From Gemmatimonadota bacterium (GTDB taxonomy: Bacteria; Gemmatimonadota; Gemmatimonadetes; Longimicrobiales; RSA9): a stretch of 43,679 nucleotides of DNA. The position numbers and the translations under genes are program-made. Where the stretch lies: positions 1 through 43,679 of the forward strand of contig JAHWKI010000002.1 in assembly GCA_019347975.1 (NCBI GenBank). Reading direction: 5' to 3'. Positions 37,279 to 43,679 of this stretch are shown here, in pieces. Each line of letters opens with the position of its first letter. Positions within the stretch are counted from its first letter, which is position 1. Under the pieces are notes generated by a model. It did no database searches, was not told the origin of the DNA, and saw only the letters and a program-made list of their open reading frames with translations.

Positions 37279-38457
37279 ATGCGAACTCTCGGTCACCTCC
37301 TCGCCGTGGTGCTCCTCGCGATGCTGCCGGCCTGTGGTGAGGGCGGTGACGTCATTCTCACGGAGCGCAGGGATTCTGCCGGGGGCGTAATCGTCGAGAA
37401 CCGGGGAAGCGACCGGCCACTGGCCTGGCATTTCGAGCCGGTGCTGAGGCTCGGCGGCGCGTCGGAGGGTCCGGAGTCGTTCTATCGGGTGGGACCTGGA
37501 GTCGCGGCTGTGGATGGTGGTGGGCGGATTCACGTGCTGGACGAGGAGTCTCACCGGGTGGTGGTATTCGATTCGTCGGGGGACCACCTCCGGACGCTCG
37601 GCCGGAAGGGAGGAGGCCCGGGCGAGCTCGAGTTCCCGTCGTCGCTGGCGGTCACGCCGGAGGGCGTGGTCGGCGTCTTCGATCATTCCAGGAGAGGCAT
37701 CGTCCGATGGGATGGGTCCGGGGACCAGTTGCCGATGCAGGCGATGCCGGGCTTCTACATGGGCCCCGCGTTCGCGTTCACGCCCAGGGGCACGGTGCTG
37801 CTGGTGGTGGACACGGCGGGGCCAGAGCACCCGGTGCTTCTGCGGGTCGGAGAGGACACGATCCGGATCGTGGTGCATGACCAGCCCTCGATGACCCTGC
37901 ACAGATACGAGAGCTGCCCGATCGCAATGAATCTGCCCCCGCTGTTTCACCCCGAGCTGAGCTGGGCCGCGATGCCAGACGGGTCGGTGGTGGTGCACCG
38001 CGGGGCGGCGTACCGGCTGGACCTGTACCAGGGTGATGTCCTGGTCGAGAGCTGGAGGCGCGATGTTGCGCCGGTTCCGACCACGGCCGTTCTGGCGCGG
38101 CGCGAGCTGGGGGACGGCATGACGATCACCTGGAGCTCCGGGAAGTGCACGATCGATCCCGAGGAGATGATCGCCGCGCGGGGTGTGGCGCCGACAGTGC
38201 CGGCGGTGCGCGGCCTGGCAGTGGCCCCGGACGGAACCGTGTGGGCGCATCGGGGCGGGCCGGAGGAGGAGCCTCGCGCGACCGACGTGTTCGACTCGAC
38301 CGGCCTCTATGTAGGCACCCTGCCGCCGGAGACGCCTTTCCCCCTGGCATTCACACCTTGGGGGGACGTGGTGGCGGCGGAGAGGGACGAGCTGGATGTC
38401 GAGCGGCTGGTCGTCTATCGGGTCGTTCGGAACACGGATTTGCCCCCACAACCCTGA
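37279..38457 (+). CDS. 6-bladed beta-propeller (NHL-like) lipoprotein
   Basis: Lipobox LPAC after ATG 37279, RDSAGGVIVEN, IHVLD, GRKGGGPGELEFP, DVFDSTGLYVG and RDELDVE. Confidence 0.8.
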   Translation: MRTLGHLLAVVLLAMLPACGEGGDVILTERRDSAGGVIVENRGSDRPLAWHFEPVLRLGGASEGPESFYRVGPGVAAVDGGGRIHVLDEESHRVVVFDSSGDHLRTLGRKGGGPGELEFPSSLAVTPEGVVGVFDHSRRGIVRWDGSGDQLPMQAMPGFYMGPAFAFTPRGTVLLVVDTAGPEHPVLLRVGEDTIRIVVHDQPSMTLHRYESCPIAMNLPPLFHPELSWAAMPDGSVVVHRGAAYRLDLYQGDVLVESWRRDVAPVPTTAVLARRELGDGMTITWSSGKCTIDPEEMIAARGVAPTVPAVRGLAVAPDGTVWAHRGGPEEEPRATDVFDSTGLYVGTLPPETPFPLAFTPWGDVVAAERDELDVERLVVYRVVRNTDLPPQP

Positions 38458-38517
38458 CACCTGATCACCGCCGTCCCCCGCCCGGTGCGGCACGACTCCT
38501 GAATCAGCCGCCGGGCA

Positions 38518-39525
38518 ATGACCACGGACGAACACGGCTGGTGGCGCCGGGAGCCGGGCGGAAACGACGGGTTCCGGTACCTGAAGGTTGACGGCACGGA
38601 GCTCAAGTCGGAGGCGGGGCTGGCGCGGATCGAGCGGCTGGCGATCCCACCGGCGTGGACGGAGGTGCACATCGCGCCGACCCCGAAGCGGAAGATCCAG
38701 GCGTGGGGGCGGGACGCGGCGGGTCGGAAGCAGTACATCTACAGCGACGAGGCGGTGGCGGCGCGGAACCGGCGGAAGTGGGAGCGGGTGCTGGCGTTCG
38801 CGCGGGTGCTGCCGCGGATGCGGGAGGCGACGAACGCGCACCTGAAGCTGGAGGGTCCGCGTCGGGAGAAGGTGCTGGCGACGGTGGTGCGGCTGATGAG
38901 CCGGGCGTTCTTCCGGATCGGGAACGAGCGGTACGCGGTGGAGAACCGGACGTTCGGCGTGGCGACGCTGAAGAAGAGGAACCTGGAGATCCGCGGCAAC
39001 GACCTGGTCTTCACGTACGTCGGAAAGCAGCGGAAGGATCATCGGCGGGTGGTGGCGGACACGCCGCTGGTGGAGGTGCTCCGGGAGATCCTGAAGCTGC
39101 CCGGGGCGCGGCTGTTCCGGTACCGTACGGAGGAGGGGGCGGTCCGGAACGTGACGGCGCGGGCGGTGAACGAGTACCTGCAGGACATCCTGCACGAGCG
39201 CTACAGCTCGAAGGACCTGCGGACGTTCGGCGGGACGGTGCGGGCCGCGACGATCCTGGCGGACCTGGGTCCGGCGGACTCGGAGCGGGAGGCGCATCGG
39301 AACACGGTGCTGACGTCCCGGCTGGTGGCGAGCGAGCTGGGGAACACGCCGACGATCGCGCGGGAGGCGTACATCCACCCGGCCGTGTTCGAGCAGTACG
39401 AGCGGCACGGGCGGACGATCGAGCCGCTGATGCGGAAGACCATTCGCGAAGTGAAGTCCGAGGAGCCGGTCGAGTATTATCCGGAGGAGGCCGCCCTGAT
39501 GCGCTTTCTCGAGCGCTACGGCTGA
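38518..39525 (+). CDS. Bacterial DNA topoisomerase IB
   Basis: LAIPPAWTEV, GRDAAGRKQYIY and the catalytic R (RIGNE), K (GK), R (KDLRT), N (GNT) and Y (AYIHP). Confidence 0.95.
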   Translation: MTTDEHGWWRREPGGNDGFRYLKVDGTELKSEAGLARIERLAIPPAWTEVHIAPTPKRKIQAWGRDAAGRKQYIYSDEAVAARNRRKWERVLAFARVLPRMREATNAHLKLEGPRREKVLATVVRLMSRAFFRIGNERYAVENRTFGVATLKKRNLEIRGNDLVFTYVGKQRKDHRRVVADTPLVEVLREILKLPGARLFRYRTEEGAVRNVTARAVNEYLQDILHERYSSKDLRTFGGTVRAATILADLGPADSEREAHRNTVLTSRLVASELGNTPTIAREAYIHPAVFEQYERHGRTIEPLMRKTIREVKSEEPVEYYPEEAALMRFLERYG

Positions 39526-39649
39526 CCCGCGGAGGAAACCGGAGCAGGGCGGCAGCCATCCTGCGGGTGGAACGGGAGGCGTTCCCGGGCGTACATCAGA
39601 CGCGTGACGCCGCAGGGCGCACGCGGGAGGATACTCCGGACGCGGATCG

Positions 39650-40351
39650 ATGAGCGACCACCACCGATCACAGGAGCAGGAACGGCGACACGTCCGCGCG
39701 ATGCGCGGCGGTCTCGCCGGATCCGTCCTGCTCCACCTCCTCGTCCTGGCGCTCTTCTTCGGGCGTGAAGCCCCGCTCCCCGACGCTCCCTTCGCGGCCG
39801 CCGGCGAGCGCCGTGGGTCGGATCTGGCGGCGGCGGGCGGCGGGATGCAGGCCCTGGAGCTCGCCACGCCGACGGTGCAGCCGCCCGAGCCGCCGCCGCC
39901 GGACCTCGTCGTTACGGAGGTCGAGGAGACAACCCCGCCCGAGGAGCCGGAGCTGGAGGTGGAGGTCCCCGCGATCGCCCTCGCGCAGGGCGTCGGCACG
40001 CCGGGCGACCCGGGCGAGGCGGCGGGCCCCGGCCTCGAGGTGGGGGAAGGGGAAGGGGATGGAGGAACCGAGGCGGAGGGCCGCTTCAGAGTCGTGCCTC
40101 CCCGACCGCGGGGGCTGATCCTCCCCCCTTCCGACCGGCCGGCCGACGTACGGGGCAAGGAGATCGAGGTGTGGGTCTACGTGAGCGCGGGCGGGCAAGT
40201 CGTCCCGGACTCCACACGGCTCCAGCCTCCCACGGGCGACCGCCGCTTCGATCGCCGTCTGAGGGACCACGCGTCGGGGTGGGTATTCGAGGCGGCGCGC
40301 AAGGATGGTCGCGCCATCGGTGAGTGGTTTCGGTACACGATCGTGATGTAG
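39650..40351 (+). CDS. TonB-like energy transducer
   Basis: TM helix with SVLLH (S-x3-H), Pro/Glu-rich linker and C-terminal domain ending WVFEAARKDGRAIGEWFRY. Confidence 0.72.
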   Translation: MSDHHRSQEQERRHVRAMRGGLAGSVLLHLLVLALFFGREAPLPDAPFAAAGERRGSDLAAAGGGMQALELATPTVQPPEPPPPDLVVTEVEETTPPEEPELEVEVPAIALAQGVGTPGDPGEAAGPGLEVGEGEGDGGTEAEGRFRVVPPRPRGLILPPSDRPADVRGKEIEVWVYVSAGGQVVPDSTRLQPPTGDRRFDRRLRDHASGWVFEAARKDGRAIGEWFRYTIVM

Positions 40352-40492
40352 CGTGTACGGACCTCCAGGAACGCCACGACTCCAGGCGCGGGTACGCGGC
40401 GGCGGCGCCGGAGCACGCCGCTGATCCGACTCGCCTCCCGCCCGGACGCAAGACCCGCCCTCGAGGCGTGGATCCGGCGACGTGGAACCCTG

Positions 40493-41206
40493 ATGGAGGC
40501 CGCGGCCTCGCATCCGCAGGCGGAGACGCTGCGGGGGCGGGGCCGCGTCCTCGTCGTCCCCGCGCCGCCCGGCGACTGGCCGGACACCACGCGCTGGGTT
40601 CTCCGGCACTATCACCGAGGTGGCGCTCTCGCCGGGCTGCTCGGGGACCGCTACGTCCGGGTAGGAGAGCCCCGGCCGCTCCGTGAGTTCGGAGTCGCTC
40701 AGGCGGTCCGGTCGCTGGGGATCCCGACGGCGCCGCCCGTCGGCGCGGCAGCCTACGGCGCCGGAATGTTCTACCGCGGGGACCTGGTGACCGAGTGGGT
40801 GCCGGAGACGACCGACCTGGCGGCGACGCTGTTCGGCGCCGCGCAGCTGGATGGCCAGCCGGGCACCGGGCGGGGGCGCGCCGATCCGCTGGAAGCGATG
40901 GCGGCCGCCGGGAGGCTGGTCCGCCTCCTCCACGAGCGCGGCGTGGCGCACGCGGACCTGAACCTGAAGAACATCCTGATACGGGCTGGAGCCGGAACGC
41001 CCCGGGCGCTGATCATCGATCTGGACCGCGCGCGATTGCGCGGTCCGCTGCCGGAGCGGGCGCGGCGAAGGATGCTCGCGCGCTTCGAGCGGTCGCTGCG
41101 GAAGTGGGAACGCCGCATGGCCGCCCCGGCGCCTCCGGGGACGCTGGAGGCGTTCCACAGCGGGTACGGTACCGCGCCGCCGTATCGGGCGAGCGAGTCC
41201 GGGTGA
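40493..41206 (+). CDS. Kdo/LPS kinase (KdkA/InaA family)
   Basis: RHYHRGG, RPLREF, YRGDLVTE, HADLNLKNIL, IDLD and RFERSLRK. True start uncertain. Confidence 0.85.
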   Translation: MEAAASHPQAETLRGRGRVLVVPAPPGDWPDTTRWVLRHYHRGGALAGLLGDRYVRVGEPRPLREFGVAQAVRSLGIPTAPPVGAAAYGAGMFYRGDLVTEWVPETTDLAATLFGAAQLDGQPGTGRGRADPLEAMAAAGRLVRLLHERGVAHADLNLKNILIRAGAGTPRALIIDLDRARLRGPLPERARRRMLARFERSLRKWERRMAAPAPPGTLEAFHSGYGTAPPYRASESG

Positions 41207-41258
41207 GGGGCGCTGCTCGCGTTGACTTGCAGAGGCCTCCGGCGGAGGTTGGCCCCGC

Positions 41259-42317
41259 ATGACCCGCACGACGTCCACCCCGTCACCGGGAACGCCTCCG
41301 CGCGAGATCTGCGTCATCATGCTGAGCGCACTCGGCGACGCGGTGCACGTGCTCCCCGTGGTGAACGCGCTGAAGCGGGCGTGGCCGGAGACGCGGATCA
41401 CGTGGGTGGTCCAGCCGGTGCCGTACCTGCTGGTGAGGGACCATCCCGCGGTGGACCGGCTCGTCGTCTTCCGGCGGCGGAAGGGGCTGGACGCCTGGCG
41501 CTCCTTCGCGGACGCGGGTCGCCAGCTGCGGGACCGACGCTTCGACCTGCTGCTGGCGCTGCAGGTCTACGCCAAGGCGGGGATGCTGGTGGCGCTCACG
41601 CGGGCGGACCGGAAGATCGGCTTCGACCGTCGCCGTGCGCGGGACCTGAACTGGCTGGTCACCAGCGAGCGGATCCCCTCGCGCCCCATGCAGCACGTCC
41701 AGGACCAGTACTTCGAGTTCCTGGAGCACCTGGGGATCAGCCCGGAGCCGGTGGAGTGGCGGATCCCGATCAGCGACGAGGACCGGGCCGCCCAGCGCGC
41801 CTTCTTCGACGGCCTGGACCGCCCGGCCTGCGCCGTCGTCGTGGGGACGAGCAAGCCGGAGAAGAACTGGCTGCCGGAGCGGTACGCGCGGACGCTGGAC
41901 GCGATCGAAGGCGATTTCGGGATGCGGCCGGTGCTGGTCGGTGGGCCATCGGCGGTGGAGCGGCGGATGGCCGACGAAGTCCTGTCGCTCACGCGGGCGC
42001 GTGTGCTCGACACGCTGGGGGACGACCTGCGCCGCCTGGTCTGGCTGCTCGATGGGGCGCGGCTCGTGATCAGCCCGGACACGGGACCGCTGCACCTGGC
42101 CCGGGCGCTGGATACGCCGGTCGTGGGGCTCTACGGCTACACCAACCCGAAGCGCTACGGCCCCTACCGGAAGTACGAGGACCTGGTCGTGGACGGGTAC
42201 GCGAAGTACCCGGGCGAGCCCTATCCGGCGACCATGGAGTACCGGTCGGAGGGAATGATGCGGGTGAGCGTGGAGGATGTCCTGGCTGCGGTGGAGAGGG
42301 CCCTGTCCGCGGGCTAG
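41259..42317 (+). CDS. Glycosyltransferase family 9 (LPS heptosyltransferase-like)
   Basis: LSALGDAVH, KNW, DTGPLHLA, LYGYTNPKRYGPY. Confidence 0.92.
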   Translation: MTRTTSTPSPGTPPREICVIMLSALGDAVHVLPVVNALKRAWPETRITWVVQPVPYLLVRDHPAVDRLVVFRRRKGLDAWRSFADAGRQLRDRRFDLLLALQVYAKAGMLVALTRADRKIGFDRRRARDLNWLVTSERIPSRPMQHVQDQYFEFLEHLGISPEPVEWRIPISDEDRAAQRAFFDGLDRPACAVVVGTSKPEKNWLPERYARTLDAIEGDFGMRPVLVGGPSAVERRMADEVLSLTRARVLDTLGDDLRRLVWLLDGARLVISPDTGPLHLARALDTPVVGLYGYTNPKRYGPYRKYEDLVVDGYAKYPGEPYPATMEYRSEGMMRVSVEDVLAAVERALSAG

Positions 42318-42412
42318 GCCCGGATCGGGCACGCGGCCTCGTGCCGCGCCATCGACGTGGGGGTGGTTCGCGGCCTCTTCACGATTCCGGACTTTTCTTC
42401 CGGTTCTTCGCC

Positions 42413-42515
42413 GGCGCTGGAGAGAGTGGGGGAGTGGGGGTGTTCTCGCTTCGCGAGTAGCGCCGCTGCGCGGCGGGGTCGCTGCGCTCACCCCACTCCC
42501 CCACTCCCCGGCGCC
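42413..42515. repeat. Palindromic REP/MITE-like element with internal hairpins
   Basis: Perfect 16-bp inverted repeat GAGTGGGGGAGTGGGG (42424-42439) / CCCCACTCCCCCACTC (42491-42506) enclosing CTCGC-TTC-GCGAG and CGCCGC-TGC-GCGGCG. Confidence 0.75.
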
Positions 42516-42617
42516 AGGATGGAGGAAGAAGAAGCCGCGGGATGAGAAGGCCCGCGGATCACTCCCGCTCGCGCAGCGAGCGATCGGGGTCGGACGCACC
42601 GCCCGGCAGCCCTTCGA

Positions 42618-42647
42618 TTGCCGCTCCCCCCCGGGCGCAAGTAGTTT
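42618..42647 (+). promoter_or_regulatory. Putative sigma70 promoter of porX, leaderless geometry
   Basis: TTGCCG-N18-TAGTTT-N6-ATG(42654). No SD. Confidence 0.6.
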
Positions 42648-42653
42648 CCTCCC

Positions 42654-43679
42654 ATGGACAAACGCATCCTCTGGGTCGACGACGAAGTGGAGCTCCTCGA
42701 GCCTCATCTGCTGTTTCTGCGACAGCGAGGCTACGACGTGGACACGACCACGAACGGGGATGACGCGCTGGAGCTCATGCGCCGCAGGCCTTACGACCTG
42801 GTCCTCCTGGACGAGCAGATGCCCGGCCGGCGGGGGCTGGAGGTGTTGGGGCTGATCCGAAAGGAGGAGCCGCACGCGCGGGTCGTCATGGTGACGAAGT
42901 CCGAGGAGGACCGAACGCTGGAGGAGGCGATCGGGCGGCGTGTGGACGAGTACCTGGTGAAGCCGGCGTCGCCACGGCAGGTGCTCTCGGTGGTGACGCG
43001 CCTGCTCGAGGGCTCACAGCTGAGGCAGCAGCAGGCGGCGCAGGACTTCGCGGCGCGCTTCCTGGCGCTGTCCCAGGAGAAGGACGCAGCGTCCACGTGG
43101 CAGGAGTACTTCACGCTGTATTCCGAGCTCACCGACTGGGACCTGCGGCTGACGGACGCCGGCGAGGCGGGGCTGGTCGACTCCGCCCGGTCGCTCATGG
43201 TCGACCTGCGCCGTGAGTTCGGCGCCTACGTCAGGAAGAACTACGCCTCGTGGGTGGCGCAGGTACCCGTGGAGGGGCTGGATCGGCCGCCGCTCAGCAC
43301 GGACGTCGTGCGCCGCTGGGTACGGCCGCGCATGGGGGAGGGGCCGCTGCTGTTCGTGATCATCGACTGCCTGCGGCTGGACCAGTGGCGGGCGATGCGG
43401 CCGCTGCTCGCGGACCTCTTCGACATCGACGAGGAGCTCTACGCGAGCATTCTGCCCACGGCGACGCCGTACTCCCGGAACGCCCTGTTCAGCGGCCAGT
43501 ATACGGACTCCATGGCGAAGGAACGCCCGGAGTGGTGGGCGACGGAGGAGGGGAGTCTCAACGCGTTCGAGGACGAGCTGTTCCGCGCGCACCTGAAGGA
43601 GATCACCGGACGTGACGTCCCGATCCACTACGAGAAGGTCTTCACGGACGAGACGGCCGACGACCTGATCGCCCGCGTG
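42654..43679 (+). CDS. porX: PorX-type response regulator (REC + PglZ/alkaline-phosphatase domain), partial
   Basis: Not in the ORF track because there is no stop in the window. MDKRILWVDDE...LLDEQMPG...MVTKSEE...YLVKP, then FVIIDCLRLDQW and SILPTATPYSRNALFSG. Confidence 0.88.
   Translation, partial: MDKRILWVDDEVELLEPHLLFLRQRGYDVDTTTNGDDALELMRRRPYDLVLLDEQMPGRRGLEVLGLIRKEEPHARVVMVTKSEEDRTLEEAIGRRVDEYLVKPASPRQVLSVVTRLLEGSQLRQQQAAQDFAARFLALSQEKDAASTWQEYFTLYSELTDWDLRLTDAGEAGLVDSARSLMVDLRREFGAYVRKNYASWVAQVPVEGLDRPPLSTDVVRRWVRPRMGEGPLLFVIIDCLRLDQWRAMRPLLADLFDIDEELYASILPTATPYSRNALFSGQYTDSMAKERPEWWATEEGSLNAFEDELFRAHLKEITGRDVPIHYEKVFTDETADDLIARV

Noticed and set aside
38518-39525. Tyrosine recombinase, prophage or viral insertion
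   Set aside because: The motifs are those of bacterial TopIB, the codon style matches neighbouring genes, and there are no att sites or phage genes.
36523-40158. 1211-aa minus-strand ORF, and other long track ORFs such as 240..1757+, 10233..11825+, 15949..17850+, 19118..21151+, 29890..31665- and 33756..36614+
   Set aside because: These are antisense or alternative-frame shadows of real genes, expected in high-GC DNA, with Arg/Gly/Pro-rich composition and no motifs. Only the last 101 aa of the 1211-aa ORF are real (CsoR).
42413-42515. tRNA gene (cloverleaf shape)
   Set aside because: It has triloops instead of D, anticodon and T loops, no GTTCRA T-arm within the element, and no acceptor-stem geometry.
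42654-43679. BREX phage defence because of the PglZ domain
   Set aside because: The N-terminal receiver domain defines the PorX type, and there are no brxC, pglX or brxL genes in the window.

Overview
A GC-rich (roughly 70% by eye) bacterial chromosome segment. The gene content points to Gemmatimonadota, by inference from the PorX-type REC-PglZ regulator, stand-alone plug-domain lipoprotein, bactofilin-like beta-barrel protein and many lipoprotein peptidases. Most of it is housekeeping: caa3-type coxB-coxA, nadC-nadA, a methyltransferase-serB-aminotransferase-serA operon, mltF, yciF, msrB, several peptidases/hydrolases (S58, S9, M28, M1, S12-like), a csoR-copA-copZ copper operon with a clear operator, bacterial topoisomerase IB, a TonB-like gene, LPS genes (Kdo kinase-like, GT9) and a partial porX. 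I found no rRNA, tRNA, CRISPR array, transposase, integrase or prophage gene. The best candidates for something undescribed are: (1) a leaderless, probably autoregulated operon of a membrane protein, a winged-helix regulator and a divergent UppS paralog; (2) an unknown 104-aa His/Met protein translationally coupled behind copZ; (3) micro-ORFs that bridge genes by RTGA overlaps, plus gene stubs, at 15.2, 23.4-25.0 and 36.5 kb; (4) an apparently catalytically dead, internally deleted glycoside-hydrolase homologue; (5) non-coding inverted-repeat elements built from 8-9 bp units; and (6) repeated sigma70 leaderless gene starts. All family assignments come from motif recognition, not database searches.
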